Counted from the first letter of the stretch, positions 1 to 12,866 are shown. The stretch: DNA of 64,000 nt from Eledone cirrhosa (GCA_964016885.1 OZ024743.1:221526001-221590000); one strand, 5' to 3'. A program made the numbers and translations. Notes: a model not told the origin generated them from the letters alone.

Positions 1-90
1 TAAAGGGATGCCCTGCAAAATCTCCAACTTCCGCAGTAGTGGCTCTAGAGTCAATAGGTACAGAATGAAGGAGAGAGGGCATCCCTGAGA
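1..90 (-). mobile_element. Tx1/L1-group LINE reverse transcriptase fragment (runs off window edge)
   Basis: Manual minus-strand translation SQGCPLSFILYLLTLEPLLRKLEILQGIPL contains the QGCPLS..LY.L.LEPL motif of L1/Tx1 RT. Confidence 0.8.
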
Positions 91-154
91 TAGTATTACA
101 AATATAATTATATTTCAGCTAGTAATTTTCACTAAATACAATACTTTATTTTGA

Positions 155-263
155 TTGTATACACATAAACGCATATTTACATATATATTATTGTATACAC
201 ATAAACGCATATTTACATATATTTTATTGTATACACATAAACGCATATTTACATATATATTAT
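155..263. repeat. 36-bp tandem repeat x3
   Basis: Unit ttgtatacacataaacgcatatttacatatatatta. Confidence 0.9.
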
Positions 264-378
264 TCCCACAGTAACACAGATCTCATATATGCATATATGA
301 GTTCTGTATGTATGTAAGTATATATATATATATATACGTATGTAAAAGGTAAACAGAAATAATAACACAATCGGTACA

Positions 379-445
<67 letters not shown>

Positions 446-453
446 GATACTTG

Positions 454-562
<109 letters not shown>

Positions 563-636
563 ACTTGCATGCATACATACATACATACATACATACATAC
601 ATACATACATACATACATACATACATACATACATAC

Positions 637-980
637 ATAGTCAGAAAAATACAGGAGAAGGAGGACATCTACGGACCATTGATGAGGAGCTTACAAATCC
701 AGTATCCAAGATACACCTTTAGCTTCATACCCATCATTATTGGTGCTACGGGTTATATACCAACCCGCTTGGACCAAAGTATGACCGAACTTGGATTTGC
801 GGACAAAAAGCGCAGCTCCCTAATTCATAGTCTACAAATGGCTGCGATAGCTGGCACCTTCAAAATATGCAAAACATTCTTGCGATTCAAGGGATGACAA
901 TTTCTTTTCTTTTACAACCTTGCCACCAGGAAGGTGGCCGGTCAAAAAAATATACTCGAAATTAAGAGAAAGAGAAAACA
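637..980 (+). mobile_element. 5'-truncated R4/Dong-like (RLE-type) LINE 3' end, embedded in (CATA)n
   Basis: [38 protein letters not shown]...GTFKICKTFLRF* is homologous to the RLE C-terminus at 33842-34159. CATA arrays flank both sides. Confidence 0.8.
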
Positions 981-1297
981 TACATACATACATACATATA
1001 CATGTTTCTGTCTGTCGTATGTGTAAAGTCTGTTTACACCAAGCCTCCAAGCTATCAGCTTGTAAGAAATCTGTCCTAGTCATCAACGACAATTTAATTA
1101 CGTATAGTTTGGTGTTACGTATCCGTATTTAACATAAAAGATACACTACGTGAATTGTGAACGTAGCTTAGCTGACTGGTATAACCCTTTACCTTTTAAA
1201 CCGGCTATATCCGGTCAGAATTCTCTCATCTCTTTCTGTTCAAACTAGCCATAACAGGGCACTCATACCGACGTTAACGTATTGTTCTGAAAATAAA

Positions 1298-1388
1298 TAA
1301 TTGTTTCTATTTTTGGCACAAGGCCAGCAATTACCCCAATACATAACCGGTACTTTATTTTATCGACCCCCGTAAGGATGAAAAGCAA
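1298..1388 (-). mobile_element. tRNA-derived SINE, 3' fragment
   Basis: Matches the family tail aattgtttctatttttggcacaaggccagcaattacc...ttttatcgaccccgtaaggatgaaa. Confidence 0.8.
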
Positions 1389-1509
1389 TCGGTGGTTCTG
1401 AAAATAAATATCAAAATCTCATAGATTTGATATCATGGGAGATAATTCTGAGAGGTAAAGCCTTTACCGTGAAAATACAATAGTATATGTAGAGTAATGT
1501 AAATACTAA

Positions 1510-2015
1510 AGGGATAAGGAGTTCACTTCGCAATCATTATGTCCCGGGGTCGATCCCACTGTGTAACATCTTGAACAAATGTTATTTCCCATAGCCTCAG
1601 TCGACGCAAACCACGTGAGGGAAATTGGGTAGACAGGGGCTGATTGGAAGCCCATCGGATGAACAGTGCCTATAATTCAAATATCCAGCCTTGTCATAAA
1701 CGATGTCGTGCCGAATGGATCTCCCTTAGAATTATGTTAATTAGACACATATCTGTAGAATGCTCGGCCACTAACCCGTTAATTCATGAGCACGCTGTTC
1801 TTTTCATGGAAGAATGCTCAGGCACTTACACGTTAATTTACGACCAGGCTATCCCATTAATTGAAGACTGCTCAGACACTTATACGTTAATTTACGACCA
1901 GGCTGTTCCGTTGATTGAAGAATGCGTGGCCACTTACACGTGAATTTACAAGCAGGCTATTCGGTTGATGGAATAACAGGAACACTCATCGTCGAACCTG
2001 ACGGAGATCCCTTCC
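1510..2015 (+). mobile_element. Degenerate second SINE-like family with internal 54-bp tandem repeat x4 (1758-1974)
   Basis: B-box-like ggtcgatccc followed by gggtagacagg...gaagcccatcg. Related decayed copies near 3000-3260, 32590-32760 (-) and 52220-52400. The 54-bp units start at 1758, 1812, 1866 and 1920. Confidence 0.55.
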
Positions 2016-2292
2016 ATTCCACTAGGTGAACTTTATCAACTATTTCTTCAGTTCTTATCAATCACCACTTTCCTGCAGTAATAATAACCAACTGCTGTGC
2101 TCTTACTGCCAGCTGTTACGCCAGAATATCCTAATTATTTTTTTAGAATAATATTTTTTAGAGAATATATTTCATTTAAAGTTCCCCTACTGAAAAGTTG
2201 ATTAAATATCTTCATATATTCGTTTATTATTTTTTTACTGGATTTAGTCATTAGACAGCGGTCAAGCTGAGACATAGCCATAAAGATATTTA

Positions 2293-2760
2293 GTTGATGT
2301 GGTGGTGGTGGTGGTGGTGGTGGTGGTGTGATGGTGGTCGTATCGGTGTTTGTGTTGGCGGTGATGGTGGTGGTGGTGTTGGGGTTGGTAGTGGTGGTGG
2401 TGTAGGTGGTCGTATCGGTGTTTGTGTTGGTGTTGGTGGTGGTGGTGGTTGGGGCGGGTATCGGTATTTGTGGTGGCGCTGGTTGGTGTTGTAGTTGTGA
2501 TAGTGGTGGTGGTGGTGGTGTGGTGGTGGTGATCGTCTTCGTCGTCATGTATTGGATAGTGGTTTTGATAGTGGTCTTAGTGGTAGTGATGTTGATAGTG
2601 ATGGTGGAATTTGTTGTGATGGTGGGGGTTCTGGTGCTGGTGTTGGTGATGATGGTCGTGATGGTCGGCGTGATGGTCGTGGTGGTGGTGGTGGTCGTCG
2701 TCATGTAGTGGTAGTGGTTGAGTTGTTGTTGTTGTTGTGTTGATGGTAGTGGTGTTGGCG
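2293..2760. repeat. (GGT/GAT/GTT)n low-complexity tract
   Basis: Degenerate trinucleotide repeats. Confidence 0.9.
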
Positions 2761-3739
2761 CACTTAATGGTTGTAGTGAGGTTACACAGTGAAATTTTTA
2801 TGGCACTTCATATCTCCTTCAATAACAGATAAGAGTCTGCTGGTAAACAACGTAAGCTTCCGGTTAATAATAACCCTATCTAGAACATCAACTCAAAGAA
2901 TTATCATTGGCGCCTTTCTCTGCGATATTGAGCTTTGTAACTGGCCGGGGTGGCCACAACCTGGCCGAATTGTTAAGAAGTTCTCTCTATAATCGTGTTT
3001 ACTTATTGTGTTTGATCCCAAATCATGGTATCTTGGGCAATTGACATTTACCATGTCCTTGGATCGACCCAAACCTTGTCAGTGGTATTCCGTGTATGGC
3101 AAATGTCTATGGACAAGCTTGTCGGATGGACAGTACTTGTAATTCGAATGGCCAGCGATGACACACTGTTTGTTTCACGCTGAATTTCTATGAGGCTACA
3201 GATATCATGGAATACTCAGTCACTGGAGGGTTAATTCACGAGATGGTCTCTGTGTCCTATTGACCAATCAAGCAACCGGTTTTAATAAAAACACCACCTA
3301 GTACTTTCCCTGAGCCTAATCCTATCTTTATTGGCAATCAATGCTAGAAGCATTCAGTCGAGACAACCATTTTCTTTCCCACCCACATTTTGTTTTGTTC
3401 ACATTGACCTGCAGTTGTATTAAGTTGGACATTGGCTGCACCACTATAACCAGTTTTGGGATGGTAGAGTTACATAGATCATATGTATTATTGTTGTTGT
3501 TTTTTTTTCCTTCTTCTTCACCCACTTATTCTTGAAAGAGTCGTGGGTGCAGAATCCTTAAACACTCCTTCCAGCGAGTTCTGTCAGAAGCAATTGATCT
3601 GGCTAATTAACATATTAAAGATAAAACAACACTTAGGCTTTCGGTGAACCAAAACTGCCGCATGATTTCAACATATGATTAGAAATAATTTGCTTCCCTT
3701 GTGTGCATCTAAAGACCCTAATAATAATAATAATAATAA

Positions 3740-3870
3740 TAATTGTTTCTACATTTGGCACAAGGCCAGCAATGACCCGGTGCGTTACTGGTACTTTATT
3801 TTATCGACCCCGTAAGGATGAAAGACGAAGTTAATTCGGCGGGATTTGAACTCAGAATGGCAAGGGCCTA
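3740..3870 (-). mobile_element. tRNA-derived SINE with 3' end in (TAA)n
   Basis: Family core and tail. (TAA)7 abuts the tail. Confidence 0.85.
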
Positions 3871-4052
3871 CGAATGTCACGACTGCTCTTTTAAAATATA
3901 ACATGTCTAACCAACTAGAAGCCAGTGACTAATAAGGAGAGAGTACGTCGTGCTGTACCGTACCGACTGTAACGACTATTTAAATCGAGTCTAGTTGATA
4001 GCTGAAGAGATGTATTATATAGAATACAAGAGAACATTTCAATAACAATTTG

Positions 4053-4132
<80 letters not shown>

Positions 4133-6256
4133 GAATTGATAAACAGACAGATAGATAGATAGATAGAAATAGAGGGAAAGAAAGAGAAAGGGAAAGAGCG
4201 TGTAGTTGATTGGATAGACTGTATTATACAAATGATGTTTATTTCATCTACTCTGGAAATGAAAAACAAAGCAAGTACCCTGTTAGGAAACGAAGCTAAA
4301 TACTAAAAGAGACTTCAAGTGGGCGGTCTATTATTTCTGCCGTTTTTAACTTCTATCGTTTTCTGAAATGTGAAATTTAACAAAAGATTTATTGTTTAGG
4401 GATTTACTTCCCTTGTTTTGCAACTGTTAAGTTAGTCCAGATAGAAAATAAAATTATGATTAGACTGCTGGCTTTTTGTTGCGCTCCTCCCATTAGAGGT
4501 TAGGGAAGTGAGATGGTTGCATAAGATATGTACTATTTACAGTTCAATTTGAAATTGTTTGTAGTTATAATGTTTAGTGTAACGAAAGACTTGGGGCATG
4601 GAAAAAGCTCCAGAAGAATGCAATCCCGGGAGGATAAAATTGGCAAAAGAGTATTTTAGATATTTTAGAATGGGTCGAGATTCAATATGGATGATTGAAG
4701 AAATCTAAAGTTAAATTCTACATTAGCGTTCGTTTGTTTATTCATTTGTATGCTTTTGTTTAGTTTTGTTTTCTTTTAAAGTCTCCTGGCTATGAGTCAA
4801 ATATTGTGTGATGTAAACATAAAACACAGACAGTCTTTTTTTTTATATATATAGCTAGCAAATTTACCAAATTACCAATATCTAATTTTAGTAGCAGCTT
4901 AGTTTAATTATTTAGACTGTTGAAATTTGTCTATAGGTTAATCATATTAGATAATAGATCAATTATATATTGATTGTGTATCTGTTATTTATAGCACGTA
5001 GCTGACCACAAACAAAACAAAATATAGATTGTAATCTTTTGTTGTCTTTTTCAAAATTAAATCACACCAGTGTGAAACTCATTGTTTCCTAATAATGGAT
5101 TCTAATTTAAGTACAAAACAAGCAGTTTGGCAGAGGGTGGGGATTTGATTATATCTACCCTTATACTTGAATAATACTTCATTTAATCAACCCCGGAAGG
5201 ATAAAAGGCAAAGATGAACTCAGCAGAATTTGAACTCAGAACGTAAAATTCATTAACCAAATGTCGCGTGGCAATTTGTCCAACGCTCTGTCTATCTACC
5301 CCACTTAATAGTTTCTAATATAAGCACAAAGTTGGCAGTTTAGAGGTGGGAGAAGTTGATTATATCAATCTGCGTACTCGTCGACTGGTACATTATTTTA
5401 ATTTGCTTCATATTTTACACATCTAAACGACGCCCCTTCCCCAAACTAAGTCTAATTCCTAAAGAAGTCCACCTACAACAATTTAAACTAAACATCAACG
5501 ATATGAATGACATCGGTCTACATACACAGACAGACACACACAAACAGACAGACACACAAACAGACAGACACACAAACAGACAGACACACAGACAGACACA
5601 CACAAACAGGCAGACACACAAACAGACAGACACACAAACAGACAGACACACAAACAGACACGCACACAGAAGCATATATGTCCATACATATGCATGTATG
5701 TATGTAGATATGTATATATAAATATATGTACGATTGTGTATGTATGTTTGAATTTATGTTTGTTGAACCATTATAATGTTCTTTAAAAGTCATAAAATTT
5801 TGAATTTGAATATCAAATTTAATATTTTTATAGCCATAGTAGTTCTATATATGATGGAATTAAACTATAAATAACATGTAGAGGCCTTATGCATCTATTT
5901 TATTGTCAGAGACGAAAAATATATTATAGCTGTTGAGTATACATTTTTTTAGAAATTCAATAATTACTTCAACTGTATTTCACGAGGACATGTAAAGATT
6001 GCTGTTTATTTAACTAAACCTCATTCTATTGATGACTTACAATCGAGTATAATTCATATGGTTTGGAATACAATAAAACCAAAATCAGCTGCTAAACTCA
6101 TTTCTGTGACTCACGTCGTGGTGTGTCAAAGTTTTGATGACAAACTTGTTGGAAATTAACACTCTGAAGAATTGAAGAATAAAGAGCTATTTGAAAATGT
6201 AACAGATTCTTTCACCACGCATGCTTCATGGATTAATTCTACCAAATATATAGATA

Positions 6257-6460
6257 TAGAAGTAGTTCCATAACAGTTAGTTCACCATTACCGAGAACAA
6301 TTGTTTCACCTTATTGGGATCATCAGCTCGGTCTAAATGAAGTTGTACGGAAAAAAAGCTTTTTTTTCGTACAACTTCATTTAGGCCCAGTTGATGATCC
6401 CAATAAGGTTAAGCAATTGGTCTCGGTAATGGTGAACTAACTGTTGTGGAACTACTTCTA
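6257..6460. repeat. ~100-bp-arm palindrome carrying a hammerhead motif in each arm
   Basis: Arms are reverse complements around aaaaaaagcttttttt (centre 6358/6359). Confidence 0.9.
6290..6332 (-). ncRNA. Minimal type I hammerhead ribozyme
   Basis: Minus strand ACCGAG-CTGATGA-TCCCAATAAGGT-GAAACAATTGTT-CTCGGT: 6-bp stem I, intact core boxes, weak stem II, palindromic stem III, GUU site. Mutated mirror copy at 6385-6427 (+). Confidence 0.75.
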
Positions 6461-6536
6461 CCAAACTCGTCTCAGGGACTGAGTGTTCTACTACTACGGA
6501 TAGACGCCACCAGCGTTCTACTATTATATATATATA

Positions 6537-7113
6537 TTGGAAGATCACTGATGAAGGACTAATTTTATTCATATGTAACCGATGTGCAGCCACGCAGCGC
6601 TCCATTTTTCTCATATTTATATTTTTTCCTCAGTTGCGATTGTCTGCTTCTTTCTTACTGCTTCCCCTCTCTCTGTATCTCTCTCCTCTTTTTACCCCCT
6701 CTGCCAGTCACACTCTCTCTCGGCTGGTCTCATCCTCACACTTCCACACACTCACTCTCTTCTTCTCCCCCTCTCTCACTTCCTCCCGTTTGACCTGTGT
6801 GAAATCCTTTTCTCGCTCACATCTCACCTATGTCGGATGGTCTGTATCTCTCGCCCATGAATTCATAAGCTTACAGATTTCATGTGCTTGTCTCTTCCTA
6901 TCTTTCCGTTGCCATACTATAGTTGTTTGTTTACATGTCTCGCTCGTTTCACCCTATTTTACTTGTCCCAATAACTTTATTTTTTATTGCTCGCACCAAC
7001 CAGAGGTATGTGATTTTTAAAGCGATGAAATACCAATGAAAGTTGGAAGATCACTGAAAGACTAATTTTATTCATATGTAACCCATGTGCAACCACGCAG
7101 CGCTCCATTTTTC
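6537..7113 (+). mobile_element. (TA)n-flanked non-coding element with ~70-bp direct terminal repeat (Penelope pLTR/retrozyme-like)
   Basis: ttggaagatcactga(tg)aaggactaattttattcatatgtaacc...cagcgctccattttt occurs at ~6537 and ~7043. Homologous to 39170-40311. Confidence 0.6.
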
Positions 7114-7158
7114 CCATATATATATTTATATATATATATATATTGTATATATATATAT

Positions 7159-7253
<95 letters not shown>

Positions 7254-7395
7254 TATAGCTCTGATTTATATATATTATAGCTCTGATTTATATATATTAT
7301 AGCTCTGATTTACCCAAATTATTGAGCCCTCTGCTACGCATATCGTATTTGTTTATCGTAAATTTGTAAGCTGACTTTCCGATTCTCGATTATTC

Positions 7396-7460
<65 letters not shown>

Positions 7461-7461
<1 letters not shown>

Positions 7462-8633
7462 TAGCATTAAAACCCGGCGTTGCTCGGGGTCATTAAGTTT
7501 CCAAAGTTAGGTTGCACCACCCATTTTATGGCAGCACTTTTTTGTCTGCCAGGCACTGGGTGAATGAATTGCAGACCTGGAAGCAGGAGCTGCGCCAGCA
7601 GTGACAATTGTAATTTCGCCTATGGATATTATCTCTGTGCAAAAAGTGTTGAAATTTATTGTTTCACAGTACTTGCGCAACACGCGCGTAGACGATGCCA
7701 GCCGAACAACAGAGCTGCGACGATGGAGTTGTTCTGCATGGTTGTCTCTGTTTTCTAAATTTAAGACAGTAGGGAGTGGTGTGATATGGGGAGAGTTAGC
7801 TGCTGTTTCTAGCAGGTTTAGTGACCTCATAGAAGATATGTTTTCTAAATTTAAAACAGTAGGGAGGGGTGTGGTATGGGGGAGAGTTAGCTGCTGTTTC
7901 TAGCAGGTTTAGTGACCTCATAGAGGATATTACTGTTTATCATTATCTATAAAAGACAGATTGTTGTTGTTGTTGTGTGTGTGCACATGTTCCAAGTTGA
8001 TACATTTGCACAATTTCAAACCGATTCGACTCAAAGTCTCTAAGAATCCACGTTCGTTGATAGGTTTAAAAAAGATTTATCGCTTGTTGTTGAATAAATG
8101 TATCTGTTGCTTTTGAATAATTGTCGTTTCGTATGAAATGTAATAATTGAGCAACTAAAAGTTAGTGTGGTTATAAATCACGCACGTTGTTTAATTGCTT
8201 TAAATGTTTTTTTTATCATTTGAAGTGAGTGTGTGTTTGTATGCGTCTGTAAATAAATCAGTAAGTTTGAAGTATAAAAGAGAAAGTAGCAAAATGTGTG
8301 GGTTGTAGATAGAGGGGAGCAGATGATATGAGAGAGTAAAACGGACAGTATCACCATCAAGCTTGGAAAGAGAAAGTAGCAGAAAGTATGAAGTTGTATA
8401 GATTTTGAATGGTAGTGGATAGAGTTTAGCACTTTAAATGAGAGAGAAAAATCGTAAAATATTGAGTTTTATCTATTTTTTGCGTAATTGTGGGTGAAAT
8501 TGAAAAAATTAGATGTGCCAAGACGTAATCGAAGCTATTTCGAATACTGAATTGTAAATTTAAATTGAAGAAATTTTATATCGTAGATTTCTATAACAAA
8601 GGAGCATGTCCATACACTGAGCTTTATAGATTA

Positions 8634-8636
<3 letters not shown>
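7461..8636 (-). mobile_element. Non-autonomous Helitron
   Basis: Minus strand A|TCATAATCTATAAA...CCCGAGCAACGCCGGG (hairpin) ttttaatg CTAG|T gives canonical TC/CTAG termini at an AT target. Internal 90-bp direct duplication 7749-7929. Confidence 0.8.
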
Positions 8637-8696
<60 letters not shown>

Positions 8697-8786
8697 TATA
8701 TATATATCGGGGTCCACCTGGTGGCGGTGAGGCTGTTAACTTAACGTTGTTAAAACTCAATGTATCCTAAAACGCGATTTTACATT

Positions 8787-8927
8787 GTGAAAAGCAAAAA
8801 GCCATGAAAAAAAATCCAGTGATCCGAAAAGATATCCAACATATATAAATATATAAAAATGTATATATATATATATTGGATATCTTTTCGGATCACTGGA
8901 TTTTGTTCATTGCTTTTTACTTTTCAC
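8787..8927. repeat. Inverted repeat (~60-bp arms) around a (TA)n spacer
   Basis: gtgaaaagc...aatccagtgatccgaaaagatatccaa versus ttggatatcttttcggatcactggatt...cttttcac. Confidence 0.85.
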
Positions 8928-9160
8928 CAATATCTCAAGAATCACTACAATTCTGTTCTGACAATTTTTTTATTTCTGTTTTAATTTCTCATTCTATTTT
9001 CTGTTGAAGGACTAGCGTCCGAAATGTTAACTCTTTTCTTACTATATCAAGCGTAAAACTAATATATTTCTTCACTGTATTCAGTTGTTTGCTTTGTTAT
9101 TTCTATTCTCTTGCATAAATTTATATCTATCTATCTATATATATATATCGATATATATAT

Positions 9161-9893
9161 GGAATTTGGCCGTAGTATCGCTAAAAGCTTTCTCTGATAA
9201 TGTATTTATTTATTTACTCTTGGTGCAACAGATATGAAATTCCCGATATAAGGTTTGACTCTCTTTGTTTATTTTTTTTATATATGAATATTGATTGTTT
9301 CTTGTATCTCATTCTGTTATTTTGCCCGAGAAAATATCTGTGTGTGTCATCAAACGTTGTACACACATAGATATTTTTTCAAGCTCCAATTGAGTTCTAG
9401 CACGTGGCCTGAATTCATTGTCCTGCGCATGTATTTTTTTTTTTTTTGGCGGTAATATACTTCCTCATTTTTGAATCAGTTTGAGTATTTCTTTAGAACT
9501 GCTGGAGTAGCAACCTAACAGATACCTCAAGCACTGATGGTGATTATCGCTAAATACTGATATTGGTTAGATTATCAATATTAGTATTAATGGGCACCCA
9601 CTGAAGAATTATGAGAGCCCACTTGAATATATATCTGTTGATTTTATACAAGCTCCTACATAAATTGGTATAATTTCACCCAAATTATAGAAATCTTATA
9701 ATGAAACGAGACGTCCGTCTGGGAAGAGATATATTCGATATGTCTCATATGAAATAATACAGCCAATTTTCCACACAATACATTTAGTTACCACCCCGAA
9801 CGTTTAATTAGGAATATACTCACTTATTTCCTAATGTTTGTTGAGTAAGTTGGAATTTGGCCGGAGTATCGCTAAAAGCTTTCTCCGATAATG

Positions 9894-9904
<11 letters not shown>
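9161..9904 (+). mobile_element. (TA)n-flanked HHR-containing element with 53-bp direct terminal repeats
   Basis: ggaatttggccg(t/g)agtatcgctaaaagctttctc(t/c)gataatgtatttatttat at 9161 and 9852 (691-bp period). Confidence 0.75.
9597..9723 (+). ncRNA. Type I hammerhead ribozyme with ~95-nt stem II region
   Basis: CCCA-CTGAAGA-ATTATGAGA...TCTTATAAT-GAAACGAGACGTCCGTC-TGGG: stems I, II and III all pair, GUC site. Confidence 0.75.
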
Positions 9905-9928
<24 letters not shown>

Positions 9929-10403
9929 CAAGTCGGTTGTTACAACAATTATGGTTTGTATTTATTTTTCTTGATTTATTCTTAAATTGAGTCTGGCAAA
10001 CCATATTGTCTGTAGTTAGTATTTTTTTTACCTTAGCGATTCTGGTCCATTACGATTTGAACACATATATGTAAATGTCTGTGTTCGTTTTTCTTTTTTG
10101 TTCAGTTATAATTATATATATATATATATTTATATTCAATCACATATTTTTTTTATTTTTTGTTCAGTTATAATTATATATATATTTATCTATTTTCAAT
10201 CACATATATTTTTATTGTTTGACCCGAATTACATGGTCGTTTCTTTGTGCGGATGTTTTGTTCAACCATCATCTCAGTGTGTTTGGCCTTTAACGTATGT
10301 TGTAGCTCTGATTCATTCTAAATCATCGAGCGCTTGCCACACATCTCGGAAGTTGTTTTTCGTTAATTCCTAGGCCGAAATACGATTCTCGCTAATTTAT
10401 ATT

Positions 10404-10432
<29 letters not shown>

Positions 10433-10440
<8 letters not shown>

Positions 10441-10877
10441 ATACTTTGGGAGGGTCATGTTGCCAATAAGAAACACACGCACCAGTTGCTTTCACTTCAA
10501 TAAATAAATGAACATAAACACACACAGACACCCGGAAGTGGCGCATGCGCAGACTAAGCACACAACACACACACAGAAACAAAATGGCGTAGGACAGAAC
10601 AAAGGAGAGGCACAGAAACAAAGAAAGGAATCCCCAGTCACTGAAGAGGTCACAGAGTGTGTGACGAAAGAACTATGACAATATATAAACAACTATCTGG
10701 TTGTGGAACCAACCAACCAACCAGAAATTTATCAATTTATAAATTTATTATAAATTTATTATAATAATAAATTGAATGTGTTTCTTATTGGCAACATGAC
10801 CCTCCCAAAGTATAACAATATCGGTTTCAACACACGATTTCAGATAAAGAATCTTGCTAAACATATTCAGAAACGAA

Positions 10878-10880
<3 letters not shown>
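10433..10880 (+). mobile_element. (TA)n-flanked HHR element with perfect 45-bp inverted repeat (10433-10477 / 10777-10821)
   Basis: atattgttatactttgggagggtcatgttgccaataagaaacaca and its exact reverse complement. Confidence 0.75.
10637..10679 (+). ncRNA. Minimal type I hammerhead ribozyme
   Basis: GTCA-CTGAAGA-G-GTCACAgagtgTGTGAC-GAAAGAACTA-TGAC. CUA site, one unpaired G at the base of stem II. Confidence 0.7.
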
Positions 10881-10936
<56 letters not shown>

Positions 10937-10949
10937 CACATATATATAC

Positions 10950-11011
<62 letters not shown>

Positions 11012-11072
11012 GCACATATAGATATATTTATATGTGTATGTGTGTGCATATGTGTGTATGTGTATATATATG

Positions 11073-11126
<54 letters not shown>

Positions 11127-11136
11127 TGTATTTGTG

Positions 11137-11169
<33 letters not shown>

Positions 11170-11172
<3 letters not shown>

Positions 11173-11357
11173 CGAAGGAAATGTGGTAAGGAACCAGATG
11201 GACCATAACGCACCAAAGTACTCAATACTTAGGGTAGTAGAGTGGGTAATAGGAACGAGTAGGACCCCGACGGCTGAGCTCAAGCCGTTTTGACGGCTGA
11301 TTCTGGACTGAATTAGTCCAGAATTAGCCGTCGAAACGGCTTGAGCTCTGCCGTCGG
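11170..11357. mobile_element. Short (TA)n-associated element ending in a 91-bp hairpin (11267-11357)
   Basis: Near-identical to 22857-23057 in the opposite orientation. Arms contain GAAACGGCTtgagctcAGCCGTC-like sequence. Confidence 0.75.
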
Positions 11358-12144
11358 AGAAAGTAGTCGTTCAAATAAGTATGAAATATTGCTTCCTCCT
11401 CCCTTACTATTTCTAAACTTTCTCCCTCACCATCTCTTTATCTCTCTATTTCTCACTTTCATTCTTTCTTTCCCCGTCTCTCTCTCCCTCTCTCTCTGTC
11501 TCTCCCTTTCTTCCCTCTCTCTCTCTCTCTCTCTCTATATGACTACCTCTTTCTCATTCTGCATTTTTCTCTTTGTCCCTCTCTAACTCTATCATTCAGT
11601 CTTTCTCTGTCTCTCACCCTTTCTGTCTTTCTCCCCCCCCCCCCTCCTCCCCTCTCCCACTCCTTCCCCTCTCTCTCTCTCTCCAAGTGTAACTACCTAT
11701 CTATCTATATATATCGATCTACCTTTCATTCACTGTGTCATAGTGGAGGAGCTATATTTTATTAATTCCATTTTAATGATAAAAATCAGTAAAAACAAAA
11801 TTTATCGCGAGGGCAAGGAGACATAACAAAGGAAGAAATAAATTTATTGAAAATCATAAACGAAGTAAATAAGATAAATACAATAATTAAAATATTTAAA
11901 TATATAAATACAATAATTAAAATATTTAAATAAATAAAGATGAAGTGGATCGACCTCCAAATATAAAAGTTCAAATATTGAAAATTCTATTTAAACAAGA
12001 GAAAAAAATACATAAAATGTTTTGCTTTTCTTGTTCTTTTTTGTTTGTTTGTTTTTTTTTTTGTTTGTTTTTTGTTTGTTTTTTTGTTCGTTTGTTTGTT
12101 TTTCAGAATGTTGACGTAAACCAAAATGAATTAAACTGAAACAT

Positions 12145-12271
12145 CTACTACTACTACTGTTGCTGCTGCTGCTGCTATAACTACTACTACTACTACTACT
12201 ACTGCTTCTACTGCTTCTACTACTACTGCTACTGCTACCACTCCTGCTACTACTGCTGCTGCTGCTGCTTT

Positions 12272-12326
<55 letters not shown>

Positions 12327-12445
12327 GCTGCTGCTGCTACTGCTGCTGTTACTACAACTACTACTACATCTACTACTACTGCAACTGATATTATTACTAA
12401 TACTACCACTACTAGTAGTAACTGTATTGTTACTACAACTACTAG
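12145..12445. repeat. (CTA/CTG)n microsatellite
   Basis: Direct reading. Confidence 0.95.
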
Positions 12446-12451
12446 GCCTTC

Positions 12452-12866
12452 TAATAATTATTTCATTTATTGGCCACAAGGGCCGACATATAGGGGACAA
12501 TACAATAGACAAGGACAGTGGGGGCTTACATATAAAACGTGTAATAAACATAAATGGTTTCAATCATCATCAGCCTACAGGCGCATGATCAGAGTAGGCC
12601 CACTCACACGGGCCATTCTCGCCACATTCATCCACCTTCTAGCAAATGTACTGGGGGGGGGGGGGCAGCGCTTATCTCTCCACCCCCTACCCTCCTTTCC
12701 AAGTAAAAACTTGAAAAAGTTAATTAGGGATTGTTGTCCGAAGAGAAAAGTGTCTGCCCTTTCCACCTGGTCCACCATACAACCTCTTTCGCTACTGCCA
12801 CCAGACAGAGGAAAATGGCCTGCCCTTCCTGGCCAAAAGAAGGCGGCGGGTCGATCTTCACTATGA
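12452..12866 (-). mobile_element. Tx1-like LINE 3' fragment, (TAA)-tailed subfamily
   Basis: ...FGQQSLINFFKFLL...RRWMNVARMARVSGPTLIMRL* is homologous to the other Tx1 C-termini. 3' end cccttgtggccaataaatgaaataattattag. Confidence 0.8.
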
